Below, one piece after another: positions 10,098 to 19,516 of a stretch of DNA of 64,000 nt; the first letter of the stretch is position 1, and each line of letters opens with the position of its first letter. Made by a program: the position numbers and the translations under genes. Below the pieces are notes generated by a model. The model was not told the DNA's origin and did no database searches. It was given only the letters and a program-made list of their open reading frames with translations. Source of the stretch: Candidatus Multivorans sp. (GTDB lineage: Bacteria; Acidobacteriota; Thermoanaerobaculia; Multivoradales; Multivoraceae); the NCBI GenBank assembly GCA_965247095.1, contig OZ251997.1:3008001-3072000 (forward strand). The letters run 5' to 3'.

Positions 10098-10586
10098 TTG
10101 TTGCTGGTGCCGGCGGCGGCGCTCGCCTGGTCGTGCATGGTTCCCGCGGATCCGCCGCCGCTGGACGATGGCGACCTGGAAAGCGTGGCGGTGGCGCCGC
10201 CGCGAGACTCCGTGTTCCGGCCGGACGAAGATCAGCAGGAGCGTCGGGTGCCGGAGGCCGCGCTCGGCGGGCGCCTCCCGGGCGCCTTCCCGGACGGCTT
10301 TCCGCTTCCTCACGGGTCCACGGTGTTCGATTTCGGCGACGCCCAGCAAGGAGGCGAAGGCGAAGCCGAAGAACCGCCTACAGTGGAGTTCGTGAGCCTG
10401 CGGCTGCCGCTGGGCGCGCCGGCGGCCCGGGAGTGGCTGTTGCGCGAGGCGCAGGCCGCGGGTTGGCGTGCGGCGCTGGGAGACACCATGACCTTCCAGC
10501 GCGGCAACGAGTGGGTCCGGGTTGCGATCGAGCCGGGCAGGACCGCCGGCAACTCGGCTGCCCGCTTCGAGTACCTCAAGTTCTGA
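10098..10586 (+). CDS. Hypothetical lipoprotein
   Basis: Hydrophobic stretch ending in lipobox-like LAWSC; LP..FP.GFPLP motif; true start may lie a few codons upstream. Confidence 0.55.
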   Translation: MLLVPAAALAWSCMVPADPPPLDDGDLESVAVAPPRDSVFRPDEDQQERRVPEAALGGRLPGAFPDGFPLPHGSTVFDFGDAQQGGEGEAEEPPTVEFVSLRLPLGAPAAREWLLREAQAAGWRAALGDTMTFQRGNEWVRVAIEPGRTAGNSAARFEYLKF

Positions 10587-10647
10587 GGCGGGACCGCTGC
10601 TAGCATCGGACGACCGGGCGGCCCGGCGGTAGGGGGATACAAATTAG

Positions 10648-11565
10648 GTGACCGAAATGGTGGGTCCGCTGACGCTCAAGCGCGCGGAGAAGTACGGCTT
10701 CTGCGCCGGCGTGCGCATTGCCGACAGGACGGTGCGAAAACTGGCCGCGGAAGGCCGGAGCGGGAAGATCCTGGGCCAGTTGGTGCACAACGAACACGTC
10801 GTCTCGGATCTCGTCCAACTGGGCTTTGCCACCGCGCCGTCGCTCGAGGAGGTTCGGGCCGGCACCATCGTCTTCTCGGCGCATGGCGTGCCGCCGTCCT
10901 TTCATCGCCGGGCGCTGGAGCGCGGCCTGCTGGTGGTCGACACGACGTGTCCCTTCGTCTACGACGTCCACGAGGAGGCCCGGCAGGCGCTCGAGGCGGG
11001 CTACCACGCGGTGTTCATCGGCGACACCGCCCACCGCGAGGTGATCGGCTACACGCGGGATCTCGATTCCGGCGACTACGACATCGTGCTCACCATCGGG
11101 GACGTCGAGCGGATCGACTTCGACCGCCATCCCAGGGTGAAGATCTTCTACCAGACCACCCTGAACAGCGAGGAGTACGAGGACGTGGCGCGGGCGATCG
11201 AGCGCGCGGCCGACCACGCCGAGCGGGCGGACACGATCTGCTACGCGACCAAGGAGAACCAGGATGCGGCGCGCGCCCTCGCGGCCGACCCCGAGATCGA
11301 CTGCGTCGTCGTCATCGGCGGGCGGCACAGCGCCAACACCCGGCATCTGTGGGAGATCTGCCGGGCTACCCAACCGCGCAGCTATCTCGTTCACGGTTCG
11401 GACGACCTGAGCTCAGACTGGTTCGCGGATTGCCGGGCGGTGGGAGTCACCGCGGGCGCTTCGACGCCGGACACGATGATCGAGGAAGTCGAGGGCGCGA
11501 TTCAGTTGCTGGCCGCGTCTCCGGCGCCGGCCGGGCCGCTCCCCGCCGCGGAGGCCGCGCTTTGA
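10648..11565 (+). CDS. ispH: 4-hydroxy-3-methylbut-2-enyl diphosphate reductase
   Basis: GFCAGV, LVHN, SAHG, DTTCPFV, H.EV.G, QTTL, DTICYAT..NQ, S.NT, VTAGASTP. Confidence 0.96.
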   Translation: MTEMVGPLTLKRAEKYGFCAGVRIADRTVRKLAAEGRSGKILGQLVHNEHVVSDLVQLGFATAPSLEEVRAGTIVFSAHGVPPSFHRRALERGLLVVDTTCPFVYDVHEEARQALEAGYHAVFIGDTAHREVIGYTRDLDSGDYDIVLTIGDVERIDFDRHPRVKIFYQTTLNSEEYEDVARAIERAADHAERADTICYATKENQDAARALAADPEIDCVVVIGGRHSANTRHLWEICRATQPRSYLVHGSDDLSSDWFADCRAVGVTAGASTPDTMIEEVEGAIQLLAASPAPAGPLPAAEAAL

Positions 11566-12848
11566 GGGTCCTGGTCATCGGCAACGGTGGCCGGGAGCAC
11601 GCGCTCTGCTGGCTCATCCGGGAGCGGGCGCCGGCGACTGAGCTCTACTGCGCACCGGGCAGTCCGGGTACCGAGGAGTGCGGCGAGAGCGTTGCGATCG
11701 ACGTTTCGGACATCGAGGGGCTTGGCCGATTTGCGGCCGAGCGCGGGATCGAACTCACCGTGGTCGGCCCCGAGCTGCCGCTGTCTCTCGGCGTGGTGGA
11801 CGCGTTTCGCGAGCGCGGTCTGCGCATCTTCGGCCCCTCCCGCGCCGCCGCGCGCCTGGAGAGTTCGAAGGTGTTCGCCAAGGAGTTCATGCACCGGCAC
11901 GGTGTGCCGACATCCGACTTCGTGGTCACCGACGACCGGGACACCGCGCGCCGGGCGGCGGAACGCTTCGGATTGCCGGCGGTGCTCAAGGCCGACGGGC
12001 TCGCCGCCGGCAAGGGCGTGCTGATCGTGTCCTCGCCGGCGGAGTTGGAGTCCGCCCTGGACGTCTTCTTCGTCGACCGTCGGTTCGGTTCGGCCGGCGC
12101 CCGCGTTCTGATCGAGCCCTTCGTGCACGGCGAGGAGGTCTCCTTCATCGGCTTCTGCGACGGCCGGCGGGTGCTGCCGCTCGCGACCTCCAAGGACTAC
12201 AAGCGGATCGGCGACGACGACGCCGGCCCGAACACCGGCGGCATGGGCGCTCACAGCCCGGCGGGAATCGTCTCAACGGAGCACGCCTTTGAGATCATGA
12301 GCGAGGTCATGGAGCGGACGGTGGCCGGCATGGCCGCCGACGGTACGCCCTTCTCCGGCGTGCTCTACGCGGGTCTGATGATGAGCCCGGACGGTCCCCA
12401 GGTGCTCGAGTTCAACGCCCGGCTCGGAGATCCCGAGGCGCAGGCGCTGCTGCTGCGCCTGGAGGAGGACCCGGTCGACCTGTTCGCGGCCGGCGCCGAC
12501 GGCGACTTCGGACGGTCCGAACTCGCCTTCAGCTCCGGCGCTTCGGCCTGCGTGGTGCTGGCCAACGCGGGCTACCCGGGGAAGGCGGCGTCGGGAGACG
12601 CGATCGAAGGCATCGAAGCCGCTCGAGCGCGCGAGGGCGTGGTCGTGTTCCACGCCGGCACCGACCGCCGGAACGGCCAGGTCATCGCCACCGGCGGACG
12701 GGTGCTGAACGTCTGCGCGGTCGGCGACGATCTGGCTCAGGCGCTTGCGCGGGCCTACGAGGGGGCGGCCCGAATCCACTGGCCGGCCAAGGCGATGCGC
12801 TCGGATATCGGCCGGCGGGTGCTCGGGATGGGAGCGGGCTTGTCGTGA
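11562..12848 (+). CDS. purD: Phosphoribosylamine-glycine ligase
   Basis: VLVIGNGGREHAL, VVGPE.PL, LESSK.FAK.FM, KADGLAAGKGV, GPNTGGMG, EFNAR.GDPE; TTG start overlapping the ispH stop. Confidence 0.96.
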   Translation: MRVLVIGNGGREHALCWLIRERAPATELYCAPGSPGTEECGESVAIDVSDIEGLGRFAAERGIELTVVGPELPLSLGVVDAFRERGLRIFGPSRAAARLESSKVFAKEFMHRHGVPTSDFVVTDDRDTARRAAERFGLPAVLKADGLAAGKGVLIVSSPAELESALDVFFVDRRFGSAGARVLIEPFVHGEEVSFIGFCDGRRVLPLATSKDYKRIGDDDAGPNTGGMGAHSPAGIVSTEHAFEIMSEVMERTVAGMAADGTPFSGVLYAGLMMSPDGPQVLEFNARLGDPEAQALLLRLEEDPVDLFAAGADGDFGRSELAFSSGASACVVLANAGYPGKAASGDAIEGIEAARAREGVVVFHAGTDRRNGQVIATGGRVLNVCAVGDDLAQALARAYEGAARIHWPAKAMRSDIGRRVLGMGAGLS

Positions 12849-13597
12849 GTTGCGGCGGCTGCAGCTTTGCCGGTCAATCGACCGCGGTGGAGGACACGTT
12901 CGTCGGCGTGCGCTTCGGTGAGGAGACGAACCTGACCCTGTGCCGGACGGGCGGCGAACTGCTGGCCCGCGGTGATGAGGTGATCGTGTCGATGAAGCCG
13001 GGTCCGGCCTACGGCCGGGTGGAGAAGTCGCCCATGCCGGTGTTCAAGCCGTGCCAGAAGTCGAGCGCCCGGTCGCTGATCCGCCGGGCGGACGACGCCG
13101 ACCGCGCGGCAAGAGAGCGGCAACTGACGAACGAGGTGCGCGGCAAGACGTTCTGCCGTGAGCGGGCGCGGGCGCTCGGCCTGGAGATGAAGGTGTCCCG
13201 GGTCGACTTCAGCTTGGACGGGCGCAACGCGACGTTCTACTTCACCGCCGATCGGCGGGTCGATTTCCGGCAGTTGCTGCGCGACCTGAAGTCCCGCTTC
13301 AAGTCCCGGGTGCGACTGGTTCATGTCGGGCCGCGGGACGAGGCGCGGCTGCTGGGCGGCGTCGGCATCTGCGGTCGGACGTTGTGCTGTTCGACCTGGA
13401 TCGACGACTTCCGGCCCATCTCGATCCAGATGGCCAAGCGCCAGGGTCTGAGTCTCAACCCGTCCAAGATCTCCGGCTCGTGCGGCAGGCTCCTGTGCTG
13501 CCTCGCGTACGAGGATGACGAGTATCGCCGCCGTCGTCCGAAAGAGAGGTCCTGGTCGGGCGGCCGCGAAGGTGGCGCGCTGCCGGTCCTGAGCTGA
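12845..13597 (+). CDS. ricT: PSP1/RicT (YaaT) family Fe-S regulatory protein
   Basis: FYFTAD.RVDFR.L..DL, G.RDEA...GG.G.CGR.LCC, SI.MAK.Q.LSLNP.KISG.CGRLLCCL.YE. Confidence 0.88.
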   Translation: MSCGGCSFAGQSTAVEDTFVGVRFGEETNLTLCRTGGELLARGDEVIVSMKPGPAYGRVEKSPMPVFKPCQKSSARSLIRRADDADRAARERQLTNEVRGKTFCRERARALGLEMKVSRVDFSLDGRNATFYFTADRRVDFRQLLRDLKSRFKSRVRLVHVGPRDEARLLGGVGICGRTLCCSTWIDDFRPISIQMAKRQGLSLNPSKISGSCGRLLCCLAYEDDEYRRRRPKERSWSGGREGGALPVLS

Positions 13598-13738
13598 GCC
13601 GGCCTGGGAACCCGGCTGGCGCGGAATCGCGCCAGCCGTGAACCACTCCATGCGCCCGTCATCGGGCGCATGGATGGCACGCGGGCATCCTGCCCGCATC
13701 CGGCGCGCAGCGCCGGCTCCGTCTCCGCGCTCCCCTCG

Positions 13739-15178
13739 CTAGGAGGCGCCGCGGCGGGTAAGCACCGCCGGGATCGTCTTGAGGAGGATCTTGAAGTCGA
13801 GGGTCGGCGACCAGGAGTCGATGTACTCCAGGTCGAGTTCCATCCAGCGGTCGAAGTCCAGATCGCTGCGGCCGCTGACCTGCCACAGACACGTGATGCC
13901 CGGCTTCATCGACAGGCGCCGCCGCTGCCGCCTTGTGTACGGCTCCTTCTCCTCGAGAGGCCTTGGGCCGACCAGGCTCATGTCGCCGCACACGACGTTC
14001 CAGAATTGCGGGAGTTCGTCGAGGCTGAACTTGCGCAGGTAGTGCCCGAGCGGCGTGATCCGCGGATCGCGGTGCATCTTGAACGCGGGACCGCCCATCG
14101 TGTTCAGGTGCTTCAGCTCGCCCCGTTTCGCGTCGGCGTCCGCGACCATGGTGCGGAGCTTGTACATGGTGAAGCGGCGGCCGTTCAGACCGCAGCGCGT
14201 CTGCCGATAGAGCACGGAGCCGGACGAAGTGATCTTGATCAGGAGCGCCAGCACCAGCATCACGGGCAGGCTGATCGCGAGCAGGACGACGCCGATGCAG
14301 ATGTCGTAAAAGCGTTTGAACAGCAGCAGGGGAAGGCTGGACGGCGCCGGCGACAAGGTGACGACGGGCCGGCCGGCAAGAGAATCGAGTTGGACCTGAC
14401 TGTGGGCCGGCGGGAGCAGGTCGAGCGCGATGCGGGTCTGGATGCCCTGTTCCTGCAGCGCATCGAAGATCTTCTGCAGGGCGGGCAACTCATTGGGCGT
14501 GACGGCAAAGAACACGTCGTCGATTACGTGCTCGGAGACGATGCGCAGGATGTCGTCGACGCCGCCCCAGACCGGTTGCGCCGCCTCAGCGGGCTTGCTC
14601 CCGTCCGTGTGGATCAGGCCGACGATCCTGAGGCCCCAGTAGGAGTGGTCCTCGATCGACTCGGCGAGTTGCCGGGCCGCTTCCGGGGTGCCGGCGATGA
14701 GCACGGCTCGCTGGTTGATACCGTGCCGCCGCAGGTCGCGCGAGAGGATGCGCAGCGCGATCTTCTCGGTCAGCAGCAGCAGGCAGGAAAGGCCGGAGAA
14801 GAGAAGCAGCCAGGGTCGGCTGAGGCGGTCCTGGAGCAGGAGCTGGTCCAGTTGGAGGACGAAGACGGCGAACAGGAGCAGGAACGTGGCGACTGCCGAC
14901 ACCTTGAGGATCGCGGCTGCCTCGGTCCTCAGGTCGGCGGTGCGGTGCGAGCGGTAGCGCCGGGTGGCGATGAGCGGCGCCATCCAGGTCAGGAGCGCCA
15001 GCGGCAGCAGCGGTAGATGGTCGCCCAGGGGATAGAGCGGACGGGGGAAGAGGCCCGGCAATACCTGGGGGAACAGTCCGCTGCGGATCGCGTAGGCGAG
15101 GAAGAACGCCGCCGCGACCAGCGAGAGGTCGAGGGAGAAAATCAGGGCGGCTTGCAGTCGAATGCGCTGTTTCAACAT
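13739..15178 (-). CDS. Undecaprenyl-phosphate sugar phosphotransferase (WcaJ/CpsE-type priming glycosyltransferase)
   Basis: N-terminal TM helices; KR.YD, F.MYKLRTM, DPRIT..G..LRK.SLDELPQ..NV..GDMSLVGPRP, KPGIT..WQVSGRS. Confidence 0.93.
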   Translation of the reverse strand: MLKQRIRLQAALIFSLDLSLVAAAFFLAYAIRSGLFPQVLPGLFPRPLYPLGDHLPLLPLALLTWMAPLIATRRYRSHRTADLRTEAAAILKVSAVATFLLLFAVFVLQLDQLLLQDRLSRPWLLLFSGLSCLLLLTEKIALRILSRDLRRHGINQRAVLIAGTPEAARQLAESIEDHSYWGLRIVGLIHTDGSKPAEAAQPVWGGVDDILRIVSEHVIDDVFFAVTPNELPALQKIFDALQEQGIQTRIALDLLPPAHSQVQLDSLAGRPVVTLSPAPSSLPLLLFKRFYDICIGVVLLAISLPVMLVLALLIKITSSGSVLYRQTRCGLNGRRFTMYKLRTMVADADAKRGELKHLNTMGGPAFKMHRDPRITPLGHYLRKFSLDELPQFWNVVCGDMSLVGPRPLEEKEPYTRRQRRRLSMKPGITCLWQVSGRSDLDFDRWMELDLEYIDSWSPTLDFKILLKTIPAVLTRRGAS

Positions 15179-15285
15179 GGGTTATGGCCCAGAGCACTCC
15201 GGGCCAAGCAGTCTATCCGCCCCCTGACCGCGGCCGGGAAACGCGGGTATTGTGCTCGCATCGGGCCCGCGAGCCCCGGCCGCCC

Positions 15286-17502
15286 TCAGCGCCGTTCGCA
15301 GAGCCGCCTGAACAACTCTTCGTACTGGTCCGTGACCCGGTCCCAGTTGAACTCGGACGCCGCCCGGCGAGCCGCTCGTTCGCCCAGGAGACGCGCCCGG
15401 ACCGGGTCGCCGGCGGCCCGCTCGAAGGCCGCGGTGAGCGAGGCCTGATCCTGAACGTCGAAGTAGATGGCGGCCTCGGCGGCCGTTTCGCGGTTGGCCG
15501 GTTCGTCGTTGACCAGCACGCAGTTGCCGTAGCCCATCGCCTCGACCAGCGCCGGATGGGTGCCGCCGACCTCGGTGGCGTGTACGGTCGCGCGCGCGGA
15601 CGAGAGCAGGCCCCGGTACCGGTCGCCGTACACGGCGCCCGGGAAGCGCACTCGCGGATCGGCGGTCCTCTTCATCTCGGCGATGAAGTCCGAGGCGTAG
15701 GGGGCGTCGCCGACCATGACCAGGGGCAGGTTGCCGTCTGCCTGGGCGTAGGCGGCGACCACGCGGTGCGGGTTGTTCTCCGGCTCGAAGCGGCTGACGT
15801 AGAGAAAGTAGCGCCGGGGTTCGAGTCCCAGCTCCTTCAGGACAGGGTGAGAGACGATGGGTTGGGGCTCGACGCCATAGCGGATCATCGTCGTGCTGCG
15901 GCCGTACCGGCCGCGGTAGTGGTCGGCGATGACTTCGGCGTCGCTGATCGTTGTGCCCGGCAACAGGCAGGCCAAGCGTTCGGAGAGGGCGTACACGAGG
16001 CGGCCGGGCCAGCCCCATTTCGCTCTTCGCTTCTCGATTCCGTCCACGTGCAGGGCGGTACGGATGCGCCGCGGCCAGAGCAGCGGCAGGAAGACCGCAT
16101 TCGCGCCGTTGACGACCAGCGCGGCGCGGGCGCCGCGGGCGAAGAGCGTCGCGTGGAGGCAGGAGAGCAGCGTGTGGACGGGGGTGTCGCCGTACTTCGT
16201 GCGCAGCGTCGGCAGCACCACCAGTTCGACGCCGCGGTGCGAGCGGTGCCGCCGGTCGACGTAGTGGGACCGGCAGTAGACGGTGACCGGCCAACTGCGT
16301 TCCGCCAGGCGGGGCGCCAGCGCCTCGATCATCGTCTCGTAGCCGCTGTATGCCGCGGGTATGCCGCGGCTGCCGATGATCAGAATCCTTGGCCGCTCAG
16401 GGTCGAGCGGCAGGGAGGCCCGCCCGAACCACCGTGCCGTCGAGTGCTTCGGCACGCGGCGGCGGGCGCGGACCAGGCGACGCCGCTCGAGGATGCGACG
16501 GCGGTTGCGCCACAGCCAGGCGTAGGCGGCCAGCGACGAGGGCTCGCGCAGCAGCACGTAGCCGAGGATGCCGAACTCCCGGATCGAGGTCATAAGAAGG
16601 GTGCGTGGGGCGTCGGCCAGGCTGCGATGGTAGAGCTGCAGCAGGTAGCGGTTCTTGAGCGAGTGGAAGTTGACTTCACGCGACATCTGCCGCCGCCGCC
16701 GGGGCAGGTTGACGCGGCCGTGTACCGCGCGGGCCCGGGGTTCATAGAGCACCTCCCAACCCCGTTCCCGCAGCCGGAAGCAGAGTTCCGCGTCCTCGCG
16801 ATAGGAGTGGAAGTCGCTGTCGAGGACCTGGCCCGCGACCGCCGCGTCGCGCAGCGCGGCGCTCAGGAACAGAATGGCGGCGCCGCTGCCCCCGAACACC
16901 CGCTCTGTTACCGGATACTGGCCGCAGTCGACCTCGTCGGCGCCGCGGTCCTCGTGGCGCCAACTCCGGGTCAGGCGCATGCCGCACGCGTCAATCCGTG
17001 GCGGGGTGTCCCCGTTCGGGGCTTGGTCACGAAGCAGTCGGCCGGTGACGGCCCCGACCGGCTGCTCCGGCGTGGTGAACCGTTCGAGGCACGCGATCAG
17101 GCGGGCCGCGTAGTCCGCCGAGACCCAGGCGTCGGCGTTCAGGCTCAGCACGTAGGTCGGTGGCCCGTCAGTCTCCGCGCCGTTGCCGAAGGCGGTCTCA
17201 AGCGCCCGGTTCAGGCCGCCGGCGAAGCCGGTGTTCTCGTCCAGCGCGATCAGCTCAACCGGGAAGGCTACTGAGTCCGCGCCCTCTCGAAGGCGTTCGA
17301 GGGTGGCGTCCGTACTGGCGTTGTCGACCACGATGAGCCGGAATGGCGGGCCCTCGAGCGACGCCAGCGCTTCGAAGAAGCGGGGCAGGTTGGCCGCGTC
17401 GTTCCAGGTGACGGTGCAGATCGCGAGGTCCGGCGTGGCGGCCGCGGAGTCGCCCGCCCCTGGGACGCGGGCGTCTCGCCCGCACTCGGGGCCGGCGTTC
17501 AC
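15286..17502 (-). CDS. Fused GT2 + GT4 glycosyltransferase
   Basis: N-half: VVDNASTD, N.GFAGG.N, LNAD, Y.ED (GT2). C-half: IIGSRGIPA.YSG.ET, YVSRFEPENN, EVGGTHPALVEAM (GT4). Likely GTG start overlapping the upstream TGA. Confidence 0.85.
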   Translation of the reverse strand: MNAGPECGRDARVPGAGDSAAATPDLAICTVTWNDAANLPRFFEALASLEGPPFRLIVVDNASTDATLERLREGADSVAFPVELIALDENTGFAGGLNRALETAFGNGAETDGPPTYVLSLNADAWVSADYAARLIACLERFTTPEQPVGAVTGRLLRDQAPNGDTPPRIDACGMRLTRSWRHEDRGADEVDCGQYPVTERVFGGSGAAILFLSAALRDAAVAGQVLDSDFHSYREDAELCFRLRERGWEVLYEPRARAVHGRVNLPRRRRQMSREVNFHSLKNRYLLQLYHRSLADAPRTLLMTSIREFGILGYVLLREPSSLAAYAWLWRNRRRILERRRLVRARRRVPKHSTARWFGRASLPLDPERPRILIIGSRGIPAAYSGYETMIEALAPRLAERSWPVTVYCRSHYVDRRHRSHRGVELVVLPTLRTKYGDTPVHTLLSCLHATLFARGARAALVVNGANAVFLPLLWPRRIRTALHVDGIEKRRAKWGWPGRLVYALSERLACLLPGTTISDAEVIADHYRGRYGRSTTMIRYGVEPQPIVSHPVLKELGLEPRRYFLYVSRFEPENNPHRVVAAYAQADGNLPLVMVGDAPYASDFIAEMKRTADPRVRFPGAVYGDRYRGLLSSARATVHATEVGGTHPALVEAMGYGNCVLVNDEPANRETAAEAAIYFDVQDQASLTAAFERAAGDPVRARLLGERAARRAASEFNWDRVTDQYEELFRRLCERR

Positions 17503-18404
17503 GGGCGCCTCCAACCGGAAGCGGCCGCCGCGGCGAGGCGACTCAGACCGACCAGCGCCTCGCGGCGGCTCCGTGCGCGGCGCGGCCGGCGAAGCGGCAG
17601 CAGGGCGATGCGGAGCAGAGCGGCGATGACCAGCATGAGATCCAGCACGAGGGCGGCGCCGCGGCTGTGGTGCTTGCGAGCGTATCGGTCCAGGTTGCGG
17701 TAGTATGCAAGCAGGAAGGGGCCGTACCCGAGGCGCGGTACGGAGGCGCTGAGGCCATGCCGGAAGGTGGCGTCCGGCCAGTAGCGGATCGTCTCGTTGC
17801 GATCGCGGAGCCGGCGGGCGAGGTCGACGTCCTCAAACCAGGCGGGCCAGAACTCTTCGTCCATGCCCCCGGCGGCATCGAAGGCGTCGCGTCGAAGCAG
17901 GAGGGCGCAGGCCGCCGGCTGCTCGACGGGCGACCCGGCCGGCGGCTCGGGCATCGGCCCGGGCTCCGCGAAGCAGCAATAGCCGAGCAGCGTTCGCAGG
18001 CCGGGCAGCCGGCGCAATTGCCAACCGGCCTGGGAAGCGCCCCTATCGTCCACCAACCGGGGCGCCAGGCCGGCTGCTTCCGGGTGCTGTTCCATGCCCC
18101 GAACCAGGGATTCGAGCGCCCCGGATTTGGGTCTGGCGTCGGTGTTCAGGATCAGCAGCAGGGATCCCCCGGCATCGGCCGCACCGCGGTTGATCGCCGC
18201 TGCGAAGCCGAGGTTGCGGCCCGGTTCGAGGACGAGGATGTTCGGCCGGCCGGCGCCCAGGTCGCTCAGGTTCCCACCCGAGCCGTTGTCGACCACGATC
18301 AGTTCGAACCGTTCTTCGCGGGGCCAGCTCTCGATGAGGAGCGCGAGGTTGTCCTCGTCGTGCCAGTGCGGCGCCACCGCGGTCAGAATCGGAGTGCCGG
18401 TCAT
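17499..18404 (-). CDS. GT2 family glycosyltransferase (rhamnosyltransferase-like)
   Basis: VVDNGS, NLGFAAAINRG, LNTD, DE.F.PAWFEDVDL. Confidence 0.85.
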   Translation of the reverse strand: MTGTPILTAVAPHWHDEDNLALLIESWPREERFELIVVDNGSGGNLSDLGAGRPNILVLEPGRNLGFAAAINRGAADAGGSLLLILNTDARPKSGALESLVRGMEQHPEAAGLAPRLVDDRGASQAGWQLRRLPGLRTLLGYCCFAEPGPMPEPPAGSPVEQPAACALLLRRDAFDAAGGMDEEFWPAWFEDVDLARRLRDRNETIRYWPDATFRHGLSASVPRLGYGPFLLAYYRNLDRYARKHHSRGAALVLDLMLVIAALLRIALLPLRRPRRARSRREALVGLSRLAAAAASGWRRP

Positions 18405-19516
18405 TGCGCGCTCTCGTCGCCGCGCCCGGGCGCCGGCCGCGAGAGTGCGCGGCCGAAACCGGCGAAGCGCGGCAGGAACCGGACCGCGCGGCACCAGGCG
18501 AACAGGAGATCGAGGAGACCCGGGCGTCGTGGATCGCCCGGTAGCGCCTCGCCCTTTCCGCCCCGGAACACATCGACCACGTCGCGGAACAGGAGTCCGG
18601 GCAGCCGGCGCCAGAAGCTCCGGCCGAGCCGCGTCGCCAGAACCAGCAGACGATTGCAGTAAATCCGGCGGATGCGCAGCCGGGCAGCGCGGCGGTCGCG
18701 GCTCGACAACGCGCCGGCATGTTCGATGCGCGCCGCCGGTGCCAGCACCGCCTCGTACGATGCCCGGCGCAGCCGGTCGGCGAGTTCGACATCCTCGTAG
18801 TAGCTGTCGAGCCGTTCGTTGAAGGGCCGCAGCGGCCGGCCCGCCGGGCTCACCGCGACAAGCGCGTCGCGAAGGTAGATCGCGGCGGTCGCAGACACCC
18901 CGTACACGGGTCGCGGCGCGCCGCCGGGCGGCGGTGCGGCTTCGCCGCGGCCGACCTGGACCGCCTGCCAGCGGCGGGTCCAGGCCAGACCGGCGCCGTC
19001 GATTAGTACCTCATCGTCGTCGCCGGCTGGAAGCAGGTTGATCCCCTGCGCCGCCGCGACCTGGAAGTCGGCGGAGGGCTTCGGGTCGGCTTCGGCGCAT
19101 GCGCCAAGTATCTCCAGCAACGCCCGGGTCCAGCCGGTCGCAAGCACGGCGTCGTCGTTCACCAGGGCGATCCACCGGCCGACGCTGGCGGCGATGCCGG
19201 CGTTGGCGGCGCGGGCGAACCCCGCGGGCCGAGGCAGTTGCACGATCCGTGGTGCCCGCTGGAAGGCGGCGGGATGATCGGCCGCGAGTTCCCGCGCGAG
19301 CGCCCTGAGCGCTGCCGGACCGCCGGCCAGGGTCTCGGTCCCCCGCGCTACGTCGCGGGCGGTCGCGGCCGGGTGCTGCCAGACGACGATCAGTTCGGCC
19401 GGCGCGGCCGTCTCCGACGCGTCCCGGTAGATGGATTCGAGGCATCCCGCGAGGTGCGGCGGCACGCCGACCGTTGGAACGACGTAGGAGAGTGCCGGTG
19501 CCTGCACGACGATCAA
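18401..19516 (-). CDS. GT2 family glycosyltransferase
   Basis: GFARAANAG, LVNDD, F.E...SYYEDVEL..RL; TTG start at 19516 overlaps the upstream TGA (the longer ORF in the track is an upstream extension). Confidence 0.8.
   Translation of the reverse strand: MIVVQAPALSYVVPTVGVPPHLAGCLESIYRDASETAAPAELIVVWQHPAATARDVARGTETLAGGPAALRALARELAADHPAAFQRAPRIVQLPRPAGFARAANAGIAASVGRWIALVNDDAVLATGWTRALLEILGACAEADPKPSADFQVAAAQGINLLPAGDDDEVLIDGAGLAWTRRWQAVQVGRGEAAPPPGGAPRPVYGVSATAAIYLRDALVAVSPAGRPLRPFNERLDSYYEDVELADRLRRASYEAVLAPAARIEHAGALSSRDRRAARLRIRRIYCNRLLVLATRLGRSFWRRLPGLLFRDVVDVFRGGKGEALPGDPRRPGLLDLLFAWCRAVRFLPRFAGFGRALSRPAPGRGDESAQ

Noticed and set aside
12845-13597. ricT without ricA/ricF as a novelty
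   Set aside because: Stand-alone PSP1/RicT homologs are common outside Firmicutes.
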